Part shown: positions 25,651 through 35,338 of the stretch, piece after piece
How the letters are laid out: the number at the start of each line of letters is the position of its first letter
Position numbering within the stretch: position 1 is the first letter of the stretch
Source of the DNA: a virus
Length of the DNA: 64,000 nucleotides
Direction: 5' to 3' (one strand)
Virus record (IMG/VR): IMGVR_UViG_3300004280_000281
Location: 3,197-67,196 of that record
The notes under the pieces: generated by a model
What the model saw: the letters and a program-made list of their open reading frames with translations, nothing else
What the model was told of the DNA's origin: nothing
Database searches by the model: none
Made by a program: the position numbers and the translations under genes

Positions 25651-26465
25651 TTGCTTTCTCCATCTAAATAGTACAGCCAAAAGTTTCTATTTATCGAGTC
25701 TGTCAGGTATGAATCCTTTGAGCAGACTTCCAGCTCTACGCCTACCTCGGTACACCACTCATGGAACAGGCTTAATCCTTGTTTTACCAACTCATTCTCA
25801 CCTTTGAATAAAAGTCCAACGCTTCCATCTATGGTAGATTTGTAAATATCTTTAGAGTCGTAGAAGTGAGAGAAGCTTTTACTGTTGTCATCCATGCTTG
25901 ATGGTGCTTGGTCAACCCCTATTAAGCTTATCTTGCTCGCCCCGGTGTGTATCGCAGTGAATAGTGTGGTCTCGAACAGGGTTCCTGGTCCCCACATGCG
26001 TCTTGTTCCCGTCTTATCGAAGGTATTGTTATCGAAGTCGCAGCTTCCACAAAGAGTTTGACTGTTTCCTCCACCTTTTATCTTAAAGAAGATGTCATTA
26101 CTATACCCACTCCATAGCCCCGACTCAATTGCTTTCTGTGCCGAGCTTGAACTTGCCAGCACTATTGTCTCGGGTGTATCATATCCTGTGAAGTTGTTAC
26201 AGTTGTAGTGATGGATGTCTACGTTTCCATCCATGTATCCGAAAGCTTGTTTGACAGTTAGCACTGGCTTGTCGGCAAGTTCTCTGATTAGTATGTCAGA
26301 GTCAATCCCAGCTAGAGATGGGCCACATGATACAATGTAGACTGTCTCGCCTTCGTACATGTCTTTCATTATATCTAACTTACTCTGATCATTAAAGTCA
26401 TGACCTCGGCTTACGTCTATGAATGCCGCTGCTCTATCTTTAATTGGAATATTAGTCCAGTTCAT
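25647..26465 (-). CDS. DUF115/Maf-like putative glycosyltransferase
   Basis: KDMYEGETVYIVSCGPSL and AIHTGASKISLIGVD...HFY. Confidence 0.72.
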   Translation of the reverse strand: MNWTNIPIKDRAAAFIDVSRGHDFNDQSKLDIMKDMYEGETVYIVSCGPSLAGIDSDILIRELADKPVLTVKQAFGYMDGNVDIHHYNCNNFTGYDTPETIVLASSSSAQKAIESGLWSGYSNDIFFKIKGGGNSQTLCGSCDFDNNTFDKTGTRRMWGPGTLFETTLFTAIHTGASKISLIGVDQAPSSMDDNSKSFSHFYDSKDIYKSTIDGSVGLLFKGENELVKQGLSLFHEWCTEVGVELEVCSKDSYLTDSINRNFWLYYLDGESK

Positions 26466-27106
26466 CTTCCCCCCGGATCGTTTACTGAGTATTCTTCAAC
26501 TGTAATATTCTTGCGGTCAATTACGTACACTACATCTTGTTTATGTTTGAGTGATACCACATCATCCTGGTGCATGTTTGAGAATATGCCACGAATACAC
26601 TTACTGACCATCTCGTGTGTGACAACCACCATGTTCCCACCGCAGTTGTCCTTAAGGAAATCAAGAGTCCTTCTATGTATGTCTAGATAGCACTCGCCTC
26701 CTGGAAACCTGTTCCTCCACTTGTCAGCCTTACGATGAGCAGCCTCTTCTGGCATTAGATCGTCCCAGTCGGCAATTATCTTGCCCTGTGCGATACCCAT
26801 GTTTCCCTCCATAAGCCTCTTATCCTGCTCTATTGATGAACACTGCATGGTTGTGTCCCCATGTTCCAGCATTATCCTTGCAGTCTGCATAGTCCTGTCC
26901 TGCGGGGAGGCTACGAATCTTACATGAGTTAGTCCCATATTCTCTATCAGGCGTGAGACGGCCCAGCCAAATGTCGCTGCCTGACCTCTTCCACGTCCGG
27001 TTAGGTCTGAATTCATGTGACCTTGGCACATCCCCTTCTTATTCCACTCGCTCTGTCCGTGTCTGACAAGAATAAGTTTTCCACTGAATATGTTTTTAGC
27101 TTCCAT
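26462..27106 (-). CDS. Histidine phosphatase (phosphoglycerate mutase family)
   Basis: LVRHGQSEWN, SPQDRTMQTA, PGGE, VVTH. Confidence 0.9.
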   Translation of the reverse strand: MEAKNIFSGKLILVRHGQSEWNKKGMCQGHMNSDLTGRGRGQAATFGWAVSRLIENMGLTHVRFVASPQDRTMQTARIMLEHGDTTMQCSSIEQDKRLMEGNMGIAQGKIIADWDDLMPEEAAHRKADKWRNRFPGGECYLDIHRRTLDFLKDNCGGNMVVVTHEMVSKCIRGIFSNMHQDDVVSLKHKQDVVYVIDRKNITVEEYSVNDPGGR

Positions 27107-27926
27107 AGTCTAGGTCATCCAGAAATCTAGACTCTCCACTGCTGGTGGCTGAGTCACGGGAGTCCTCTTTCAAAACTTTTGATACGCTGTCTATCATCTC
27201 ACGATACTCCCTGGGCAGCAAGGCGCACTCAAGGTGGTGAATTTTAAAATCTCTAGAAAGAGAAAAGTGTCTTTCTATCATGGTTGCTCCGCTTAGAGCT
27301 GCTATAATAGATGCGGCATAGCCAACCTCGTGGCCAGAGTACCCGATAGACACACGACTAGATGCGCTCACTTCCCCTAGCATTCTGCGAACATACCTAC
27401 AGTTGGATAATCCATCCGGAGTAGGGTATAGCGATACGCAGTGGAGTATGTGAGCCTCGATGCCAGCTTCTTCGATCTTCTTAAGTGCTGACTTAAAGAA
27501 CTCGTGAGATTTCCCTCCCATGGAGTATACCATTGGGATGTCCATATCGCCACAGGCCTTAACAACTAGGTCGAACAGATCTGACTTGGCTGCATCCATT
27601 GATGCGATCTTTAGAGCGGCGGGCCCAAACCCACTTACGAAATCTAGAGAAGCTTGGTCATGCACGGTGGAGAACCAGTCGATGCCAACTGCCTTACAGT
27701 GGTCAACTATCTCTTGCACGTCACCCCTGTTGATCTCCAAGGACCTTCTGTAAGCCTTGAAGTTCATATTGCGCCACATCTTCCCATCGTCTGGATAATA
27801 GGCATCAACGTCCTTGAACTTAAACTTAACCATATTGGCACCAGAGTCCTTTGCGGCAGTTATCATTGCCTTAAGAACATTGGTAGATCCAAGGTGGTTG
27901 ATGGTCATTTCTGCGACATAGATCAT
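27096..27926 (-). CDS. neuB: N-acetylneuraminate/nonulosonate synthase family (no C-terminal AFP/SAF domain)
   Basis: VAEMTINHLG, LKIAS, LHCVSLYPT, GYSGHE, IERHFSL. Confidence 0.9.
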   Translation of the reverse strand: MIYVAEMTINHLGSTNVLKAMITAAKDSGANMVKFKFKDVDAYYPDDGKMWRNMNFKAYRRSLEINRGDVQEIVDHCKAVGIDWFSTVHDQASLDFVSGFGPAALKIASMDAAKSDLFDLVVKACGDMDIPMVYSMGGKSHEFFKSALKKIEEAGIEAHILHCVSLYPTPDGLSNCRYVRRMLGEVSASSRVSIGYSGHEVGYAASIIAALSGATMIERHFSLSRDFKIHHLECALLPREYREMIDSVSKVLKEDSRDSATSSGESRFLDDLDYGS

Positions 27927-27927
27927 G

Positions 27928-28599
27928 TTACCATCTTCCAAGCTTCTTCAAGATTTCGTCTAAATCCTCGTCCTCGTCAATCATGTCCCTAATCTTCCCC
28001 TCACGAGCGACGACCCCGAGGTACTTCTTGCGCCAACCTTTTTTGTATATCTCACCAGGGATCACTAGTGCCCCATCGAGATCCATCGCAACGTAGTCCC
28101 CCATCATTATCTCCACGTCATCTATCCTAATGTCACACATGTAGTCGACCAGTGCCCAATGTCCAATAGCGTCGATAGGAACGCAGCCGTTAGAGAAGAC
28201 TGGGTATTTAATTCTATCTATCACGGTCATGTCTCTGGTATATCCATCTGTAAGCATGCCCACGGACCCCATCTTCTGGTAAATCATTGACGTTATATCC
28301 CCAGTATGAGCAACCTCCATGTCCCCCGCTTCAAGACATACGATTGGCTTTAGCTTACGAAACAGATCCTGCTGCTCACGGTAGATACTCATTCTTATGT
28401 CATCTAGTTTCTTGTAGGCTGGAGGATCAGACTCAGGTTCTGTAACCACCCTGCCCCTTGTGGTAAACACTGGAGAAACGATTAGTCCATTCCTTTTTCC
28501 ACGGTATCCAGCTGATGGCTTGATGTTAACAAACTGATCATTGGCCTTGGGACCCATAATATCTCTCAGTGCGTCATATGCTGCGCCAAGATAGGACAT
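27928..28599 (-). CDS. RraA-like / HMG aldolase family protein
   Basis: AHTGDITS...LTDGYTRD...YPVFS...GDYVAMDLDGALVIP. Confidence 0.85.
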   Translation of the reverse strand: MSYLGAAYDALRDIMGPKANDQFVNIKPSAGYRGKRNGLIVSPVFTTRGRVVTEPESDPPAYKKLDDIRMSIYREQQDLFRKLKPIVCLEAGDMEVAHTGDITSMIYQKMGSVGMLTDGYTRDMTVIDRIKYPVFSNGCVPIDAIGHWALVDYMCDIRIDDVEIMMGDYVAMDLDGALVIPGEIYKKGWRKKYLGVVAREGKIRDMIDEDEDLDEILKKLGRW

Positions 28600-29267
28600 T
28601 AGCTACCTTCTTGCCTAATAAGTATTGCCTCAACGATGGCCAGATCTTCTGGGTCGTCGATGTCCAATGATTCAGTCTTTGAAACCTCTACCAATAGAGG
28701 GTTCTTCCCCACTCGTGTTCCCCTGTTTACAAATGACTCAACTGTTACGCCATATAGGCCATGAGTCTCCATCATCTTCTTGTCCAAGTCTTGAGAGTTA
28801 GGCAGATCCTCAATAGTGAAGTTCTCAGGAGACCCATTGTTCCAAAAGTATTCCTGAACAGGAACCACTGTCATGAACGAATCGTGTCCAGTTGAATTCT
28901 TCCATTCTCTAATAACCCTATCAATAGTCTCCGCTGTAATAAGAGGAGAGGTGGAGAAGGTTTGACAGATGACATCTACTTCTTCAATTGTGTGCAGTGC
29001 CCATGTTAGTAGGTCATTTGCGTTGCAGTCGTTTGTAGCAAGTTCTGCTGGTCTATCAATCAGGCGAAGACCCTTGCTGAGTAGGTCGCTAACTTCTGAC
29101 TTGATATCATCGCTCTCTGTATCCAGGTACACGTAGTCAACCTCTTTACATAGGAGTGCCTTTTCACATGCCCTGCGAACAAGAGTTTTTCCCCCTACTA
29201 AGGTGAGGTTTTTATTCCTCACCCTCTCGGACGTGCCCTTGGCCGGTATGGTAAGTGCAACTTTCAT
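28599..29267 (-). CDS. neuA: Acylneuraminate cytidylyltransferase family
   Basis: IPAKGTSERVRNKN, RPAELATND, TSPL, PNSQDL, LDIDDPEDL. Confidence 0.85.
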   Translation of the reverse strand: MKVALTIPAKGTSERVRNKNLTLVGGKTLVRRACEKALLCKEVDYVYLDTESDDIKSEVSDLLSKGLRLIDRPAELATNDCNANDLLTWALHTIEEVDVICQTFSTSPLITAETIDRVIREWKNSTGHDSFMTVVPVQEYFWNNGSPENFTIEDLPNSQDLDKKMMETHGLYGVTVESFVNRGTRVGKNPLLVEVSKTESLDIDDPEDLAIVEAILIRQEGS

Positions 29268-30991
29268 TATTGGGCGTCCAGTCTGTTAGACACTGCGATA
29301 GCATCTTCTGGGTAATCTACGGCAATGGTATCCCCATCGACCTCTATGCATATTACGTTTATACCAAGCTCTAGAAATCTTATTATCTCAATGTCCTCAG
29401 CCCACTCATTGTAGCCCTTCACCTGAACAGAGGAGAACCTCTCCAGCTCTTCTTTTGAGAAGCCATATATACAAACCTGTTTTTTTGACTTAACAGCTGA
29501 TCCATCTTTTGTACCAGGGATTGCTACTCTTGATGCATATAGTAGACTACCATTCTCCGCAACAACCATCTTGGGAACACTGGGGTCTTCCGGATTTTCA
29601 TCACATGACATGTCGGCCACACAGTTAATAACTGAGTCCCTATTGCTTAGCTTTGCAGATATAACTCTCTTTACGTCTTCTGGGTTAAGCATAGGCTCGT
29701 CTCCCTGTATGTTTATGAAGTAGTCTGCGTCTATTTCAAGTGCGGCCTCAGCAACTCGATCTGTTCCGGTTAGACAGGTGTCTGAGGTCATTATACACCT
29801 GTACCCGTACTCCTCAACAACTCTCTGAATTTCCATGTTCTCAGTAGCGATGTAAACATCTTCTTTCCCACCCATAGCCTCTGCTGCGATGTCAGCTACT
29901 CTTATTATCATAGGTTTTCCAGAAATATCAACCAGAGGCTTCCCTGGAAACCTAGATGACTTGTATCTTGCGGGAATGATACACGCAACCCTTGGGGCCA
30001 GCCTGGAATCTTTAATTGCCTTCTGCATTGCATCATAGTCAAAAGAATCTGTTATAGAAAGGTTGGTCAGGATGGTCTGAATCTGACTTGGACTGTACCC
30101 TTCTTCCTGCAGTCTCTGAACGTATGTTGGATGTATTTTCATTGCTCCTGAAATAAGATACGATTCAGAGTACCCCCATTTTCCATTGGAGAAATGCTTT
30201 GATATTACACCCTGGAGCCCATTATGTCTACCAGACCCTTCGTACTGAAATTCACACAGGGTTAGCATCTGCTCAGTCTTAGTGTTGCCTACTCCCCTAC
30301 CCATCCCTGTGACTGTAGAGTCTACGTATTTGCACCCAGAATTGATTGCTGCTAAGCTATTAGCAAAGGCAAGTCCCATATTATCATGAAAATGAGCTCC
30401 TACACTGCATTCGGTTACAGACTCAACCAGGGTTTCAACCATTTCAGGAAGGCAGCTTCCAAATGAATCTGCGAAGTACAGTGCCTCAATGTCTAAAACT
30501 TGCAAACTAGATACAATGCTATCTCTTAGGTCTCTATTGTGTGCCAACAAATGACATTGCATTATGTTCACCATGCACTTATATCCAAGCTTTCTTATGA
30601 TCTCTACCAAGGCAGCTGCTCTTTTTGCCTCCGAGGGTGATGGCTTGATTGCTATCCTGCAAATAGAGAAGGGCGATTCAGATGAATAACGAACACATTC
30701 CAGAACCCTGGACTCCACTACATTACCATCTGCGTCTGAAAACTCTTTTAGATCTAACATGAATGATAACTCAACATTTTCACATAGATCCCCCACTACA
30801 GATGATACAAATCCATCGTTTGTCTTCCTCCACTTGCCCCCTTTTAGGGGAGACTTGTATCCCAATTCAACAACGTCAATACCTGACCCTATCAGTGATT
30901 TAACTGTATCACGAACCATCTCACGACTGAATTCCCACTCAGTCCAGTATCCGCCATCCCTTAGAGTGCAGTCTAGGAGCTTAAAACTCAT
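29267..30991 (-). CDS. kdsB: Fusion of HMGL-like (DRE-TIM) aldolase and CMP-Kdo synthetase (KdsB-like)
   Basis: N: LDCTLRDGGY, FADSFG, HFHDNMGLAFAN, GMGRGVGN; C: IPARYKSSRFPGKPL, TGTDR, NIQGDEP, SRVAIP, VDYPED. Confidence 0.88.
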   Translation of the reverse strand: MSFKLLDCTLRDGGYWTEWEFSREMVRDTVKSLIGSGIDVVELGYKSPLKGGKWRKTNDGFVSSVVGDLCENVELSFMLDLKEFSDADGNVVESRVLECVRYSSESPFSICRIAIKPSPSEAKRAAALVEIIRKLGYKCMVNIMQCHLLAHNRDLRDSIVSSLQVLDIEALYFADSFGSCLPEMVETLVESVTECSVGAHFHDNMGLAFANSLAAINSGCKYVDSTVTGMGRGVGNTKTEQMLTLCEFQYEGSGRHNGLQGVISKHFSNGKWGYSESYLISGAMKIHPTYVQRLQEEGYSPSQIQTILTNLSITDSFDYDAMQKAIKDSRLAPRVACIIPARYKSSRFPGKPLVDISGKPMIIRVADIAAEAMGGKEDVYIATENMEIQRVVEEYGYRCIMTSDTCLTGTDRVAEAALEIDADYFINIQGDEPMLNPEDVKRVISAKLSNRDSVINCVADMSCDENPEDPSVPKMVVAENGSLLYASRVAIPGTKDGSAVKSKKQVCIYGFSKEELERFSSVQVKGYNEWAEDIEIIRFLELGINVICIEVDGDTIAVDYPEDAIAVSNRLDAQ

Positions 30992-31993
30992 CTATTCGCT
31001 TTCTGAAGATCTAGCTCCATCCTTGATCGCCTTCTGCGCTTTCTCGTTCAATTCCTTCTGCGCTTTCTCAGCCCTGTTCATGTTAGCCTCATCCTGAACT
31101 TTCTTGACTTCCATTCTTTGATTGTAGCTGGCAACCATATTTTCATGTGAAGAGAAGTGGTAGGCTGGTGTCATAACATCCATAAAGATTTTATCAAGCC
31201 CCATCTCCGAGAACTGCTCGCACAGGGAGATCCATTCTACATCGTGATCTATGCCATTGATCTCTGCAGATAGGCTCATGCTGGAGAAAACTGCTCCGTC
31301 CACGAAACCCTTTGCATTGAACGCACAGATGCCGTTGAATGTCGAGTACAGTTTAAGGTGTGTGACCTGCGGCTGCATAACAAGTGAGTACAGTAGCTCG
31401 TGCGGTGTACAGTTCCACCAAGTGTCACTCTTCTGGCCTCGTGTTGCCCACTTGTCATAAAGCTCCTTTTCTGGCCTCTGCACGTCTCCATGCAGAGAGT
31501 AGACCGATAGCACGTCCGCATCGCCTAGCAGTACTGGTGCTAGGATCTTTGGAATCGTTTGAGCCTCCATGTGGTAGTCCATGTCTAGCCAGATGATAGC
31601 TGCGTAATCGGACATGTCCTCTACATTGTCTAGGCAGTTGTTTCTGATTAGTGCCATTTTGTCGATTCTGTCCTTGCTTACTACTGAGTCGTAAGCCTCA
31701 AGGTCCAGCTTCTCTGAAACTATACGGCAGTCTACGTTATCCGGAGACTTCTCGAAAACATTGTTGAATGCCTCAACTGTTCCGTCAGATGAGTCGTTTT
31801 CGTAGATTAGCACTTCAAAGCTTATTGAGCCCATCATTTTTAGATCCTCAAACAATGCCTCCATCTGTATCTCTACGATGCTCTCGCAATCTCTGGCTAC
31901 GGCTAGAATTAGAGTTGATGTATTTTCTGGCATAACTCTTTGGGAGCCATCCTCGATGACACCCTCTTCTTTGATCTCTTCATTGTCTGACAT
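30992..31993 (-). CDS. GT-A fold glycosyltransferase
   Basis: YENDSSDGT, MALIRN, WLDMD (DxD), YDKWATR, STFNGI. Confidence 0.8.
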   Translation of the reverse strand: MSDNEEIKEEGVIEDGSQRVMPENTSTLILAVARDCESIVEIQMEALFEDLKMMGSISFEVLIYENDSSDGTVEAFNNVFEKSPDNVDCRIVSEKLDLEAYDSVVSKDRIDKMALIRNNCLDNVEDMSDYAAIIWLDMDYHMEAQTIPKILAPVLLGDADVLSVYSLHGDVQRPEKELYDKWATRGQKSDTWWNCTPHELLYSLVMQPQVTHLKLYSTFNGICAFNAKGFVDGAVFSSMSLSAEINGIDHDVEWISLCEQFSEMGLDKIFMDVMTPAYHFSSHENMVASYNQRMEVKKVQDEANMNRAEKAQKELNEKAQKAIKDGARSSESE

Positions 31994-31994
31994 C

Positions 31995-34094
31995 TTAACT
32001 ACTCTCTTTCGCCACTGGTGGCTTGTCTAGGTTGAAACTAATAGGCTTGTGGCTATCGACGATGTATATGGAGCCGCCTCTTATGTGGTTGCGGATGGCC
32101 TCTGCGCCATCTGTCTGCGCTACTCTTACAGTATAGCATCCTTCTGGAGTTGAGTAGTCTATCGCAGCTACACGCTTGCTGTGCTCAAGGAACACTGAAG
32201 CCTCTTTAGCCCCTGAGGTGATCATTAGAGCTGAGACCGGAGATGATCCCTGTGAGGGGTGGATAAGTCTTTCCTCAAACAGTGGCTTCAATGTGTCGAT
32301 CCCGCCTTCTCTTACCGAAAGCTTTAGAATGCTGAAGTCACTTTTAGTTTCCCCATGCAAGTACAGCTCACTAAGAATATGCTGTGGATCAATGTTGTAT
32401 ACGAATTCTCCACTCTTGACAATGAAGACCCATCCTCCGTTAGAGGCTTCCTTTAGCTTTTCAGTCTGGTCGTCTCCTTGCTCAATGATGACAGATTCTA
32501 CCTTGCAGTTGTTTTTAAGATTCCATTTTGTTCCCTCGTCCTCGGATACGTTGCCGTTTGACAAGATGGCGAACGTTAGACTTGGTATGTCCCATCCGGA
32601 ACGATCTTTCAGTGCTGCCTGCATTATTGCTGCTTCCCACTTCTTACCAGCGAGATTCCAACTGTAGTTGCCAATGGCCAGGGAGCGGCCTTCTTCTCCC
32701 AGAGTCGATGCGTAGAAGTCGCTTGACAGAACTTTGTTCATGTTCTCTACTAGACTGTTTACACTAAAGATGGCCCTATTTTGCATAGTCTCTGCCTCTG
32801 TGTACATAGTTTCAACCTTGATCGGGAGTGCTCCTCCGTTGCGGTTCTTCTCGTACATTGAAGAGTAGTCTGTGCATGTCACTGGTACGCCGCAGGACTT
32901 AGCCTCTGTCGCTGGCATCCCGTCACCTTCGCAAATTGACGCTTGAACATACAGGTCCATTAGGTTGTAAATCTCATTAAGGGCCTCTTCGTCATAGCCC
33001 TTATTGGTGTTTGGCGTAGTCACCGTGTTCTTGCCGCATTTGGCACATGGTCTGGAGTTGAATCCCCATGTTGAAACACCCATAGCGTTGCAGGAGTGAC
33101 AGATGTGGGAGAAAAGCACTCGATGCTCTAGACCATTCCTAAACACCGACTCGGGGATGTCGAATCCAACGTCTGGAATCCCCGTATGGAGAAGAAGTGC
33201 CGATAGCTCTCCAGTTTCTGGATACTTGTCTAGGAACTTCCCATACGAGTCGATGAGTCTGCTGAACAGCTTTCTGGGCTGGTTCCTCATAACGGATCCG
33301 ACAATCTTTACTTCTGGACTGAGACCCCACTTCAACTTCACCTCGGACTTGTCCAATGGTTTGAACACCGCTGGGTCTGTGCCTGCCTGAGCAACTCTAG
33401 CTACTTCCAGCGGCACTATTCCGTGGCGCTTTGCAAGATCTGTTCTGGACTGATCCTCCATTACCTTTTTCCCGAAGTGGCTGTACGCCATAAGAGTGTC
33501 GGCCTTGCCATAGTCCTTTAGCCACTCCCATCTCTGGGGGTAGGAGTCTACGCAAGCCATCCAGATCACGTGACATTTTTTTGTTATGTTGTGATCGACT
33601 ACGAATCTGTCCATCCAGTGGTCTCTATGGATTAAAACCACGTCCGGCTGAAAGTCTGTCATTACACTCTGGTACTTGAAAAGTCCGAATTGGTTATCTC
33701 TGTAGTTAGCTTGGTAAGCCTTCTGCTGCTCCTCGCCTATTGGCATGTTTCCGTAGAATTTCCAGGGAACTGAACTTACCCTGGGGTCAATGTCTCCCCC
33801 GTAGGAGCCTAGCTCTGCTACTGTCATATTTGGAATGGCATGGAGGTGTGTTAGAACCTCTCTTGTGTAAGTTGAAAAACCCGTATGAAGATAAGAAGCC
33901 TCTGATACGAATAGTACCTTGATCTCCTCGGCATCTTTGTTTACTCCGTTGTCTATCAGGGCCTGTAAGTCATCAAGGCTGTCATGGGATGAATCAAACT
34001 TGGCACCTTTGATATTGTCACGAATCTGTCCACCAGTCCTCAGGCTCACTTTCTGAACCTTGTCAGGGCTGCGCTTTTTACGCTTCTTAGCCAT
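31995..34094 (-). CDS. GT4-like (GT-B) glycosyltransferase with Zn-ribbon insert and extra C-terminal domain
   Basis: SEASYLHTGFS, VMRNQPRK, CHSC...CAKC, IYNLMDLYVQASICEGDGMPATEAKSCGVP. Confidence 0.88.
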   Translation of the reverse strand: MAKKRKKRSPDKVQKVSLRTGGQIRDNIKGAKFDSSHDSLDDLQALIDNGVNKDAEEIKVLFVSEASYLHTGFSTYTREVLTHLHAIPNMTVAELGSYGGDIDPRVSSVPWKFYGNMPIGEEQQKAYQANYRDNQFGLFKYQSVMTDFQPDVVLIHRDHWMDRFVVDHNITKKCHVIWMACVDSYPQRWEWLKDYGKADTLMAYSHFGKKVMEDQSRTDLAKRHGIVPLEVARVAQAGTDPAVFKPLDKSEVKLKWGLSPEVKIVGSVMRNQPRKLFSRLIDSYGKFLDKYPETGELSALLLHTGIPDVGFDIPESVFRNGLEHRVLFSHICHSCNAMGVSTWGFNSRPCAKCGKNTVTTPNTNKGYDEEALNEIYNLMDLYVQASICEGDGMPATEAKSCGVPVTCTDYSSMYEKNRNGGALPIKVETMYTEAETMQNRAIFSVNSLVENMNKVLSSDFYASTLGEEGRSLAIGNYSWNLAGKKWEAAIMQAALKDRSGWDIPSLTFAILSNGNVSEDEGTKWNLKNNCKVESVIIEQGDDQTEKLKEASNGGWVFIVKSGEFVYNIDPQHILSELYLHGETKSDFSILKLSVREGGIDTLKPLFEERLIHPSQGSSPVSALMITSGAKEASVFLEHSKRVAAIDYSTPEGCYTVRVAQTDGAEAIRNHIRGGSIYIVDSHKPISFNLDKPPVAKESS

Positions 34095-34206
34095 ATCTTC
34101 TCCTTGTTTCCTTAAGTGTTTACAGGGCCTAAACTAATGAGGCTCCATGATAAACTATAGCAGTTTTGAATTGGTTTTTTGAATTTTACACTATTAAATA
34201 AGTAAT

Positions 34207-34255
34207 AAAAGCCCCCAGAATCGCTAGCCTCGTATTGAGACAGGAAACTGGGGGC
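34207..34255 (-). terminator. Terminator-like hairpin, possibly ending a small RNA
   Basis: Minus strand gcccccag...ctgggggc followed by tttt. Confidence 0.6.
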
Positions 34256-34357
34256 AGCTGTGTAAGATTTCCGAACCAAGTATAGTCACAAGGTTTGCAC
34301 TTGCTTTAGTCTATATCAAATGGGAAGTACGGATCTTGTCAAGTTTAATGATAAGTG

Positions 34358-34834
34358 TTAGAACGGGCTGTCGGAACCAAATGGGTCTTCTCCGCCGAAG
34401 CTGGCGTCAGAGGCCGTCTCAGTTACTCGCTTGCTGGAGCCCTGGTCGCTTGACTTGCTGACGGCGGGGGCATTTGAGCCACTGCTTCGCCCTTTTCGGG
34501 AGTCTTGGGCATTCTTGATCTCGAATGCATTGACGAAGAACGTCTTTCTCTTATCGCCTGTTTCCTTGTCGTTCCACTCGTTGGCTCTGAGTGATCCACG
34601 TACCAAGAGAAGGTCGTCGCTGTTTACGAGCTCATTCACCTCTCCGGACGGATTCCACATCTCTACGTTTACATAGGTATGAAAACCCTTCTTGTCTAGG
34701 TTGTCGAGGGAGAATTTTAGAATGGTTCTCTCTCCATCGGGAAGTGTCACTAGCTTGACGAAACGAGCTAGTCCCTCGATGTACATTGTGTTGGTGTTTC
34801 CACGAGCGTTGTCTTTATTGTCACTGTCTGCCAT
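34358..34834 (-). CDS. ssb: Single-stranded DNA-binding protein
   Basis: OB fold (VRGSLRANEWNDKETGDKR) and acidic tail ending DSPF. Confidence 0.88.
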   Translation of the reverse strand: MADSDNKDNARGNTNTMYIEGLARFVKLVTLPDGERTILKFSLDNLDKKGFHTYVNVEMWNPSGEVNELVNSDDLLLVRGSLRANEWNDKETGDKRKTFFVNAFEIKNAQDSRKGRSSGSNAPAVSKSSDQGSSKRVTETASDASFGGEDPFGSDSPF

Positions 34835-34876
34835 TGTGGCCTTCTTTCTCTGTTTGGCCAACTTGGCCGGTTTTGA

Positions 34877-35338
34877 TTACTTGCTGTCTTCCTCAAATGC
34901 TTTTGCTATGATGTGACTAAACTTGTCACAAATGAACTCCTCAAGCTCCCCTGTCTTCTTTGACCTTTGTGCTGACTTTGGAAGCCTGTCGAACTCTGAT
35001 CTAACCACTATGTGTATTAGCTCATGGCATACCAGGGTGTCTAGGTTTACCCATTGTCCAAAATACTTGGGAGCATCTCTTCTAAACTGCACAGTTGCGA
35101 CCTGTTCAATGGGGTGGCAGTGGGTTACGCATCCTAGTACGATTTCATCCGTATCCGTCGATGATAATGCCACACTATCAGACTCTTCCGTCTCAAACTC
35201 TTTAATCTTTGTATTCATGCTAATTGCGCTGCAGATAGCCACCTTTAGATCCCAACCGTCTAGGCCAAGAATCTTCTTGTACTTGGCGAGAACTGGTGAA
35301 ACCATCGCCTTTGTTAGCCTAGGTGTTGGATTTTTCAT
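34877..35338 (-). CDS. HEXXH zinc metallopeptidase-like protein
   Basis: LGLDGWD, LVCHELIH...EE. Confidence 0.6.
   Translation of the reverse strand: MKNPTPRLTKAMVSPVLAKYKKILGLDGWDLKVAICSAISMNTKIKEFETEESDSVALSSTDTDEIVLGCVTHCHPIEQVATVQFRRDAPKYFGQWVNLDTLVCHELIHIVVRSEFDRLPKSAQRSKKTGELEEFICDKFSHIIAKAFEEDSK

Noticed and set aside
34120-34300. c-di-GMP-I riboswitch (GGCCTAAAC and GCAAAC-like words)
   Set aside because: The words lie on opposite strands and the GNRA stem/receptor architecture is absent
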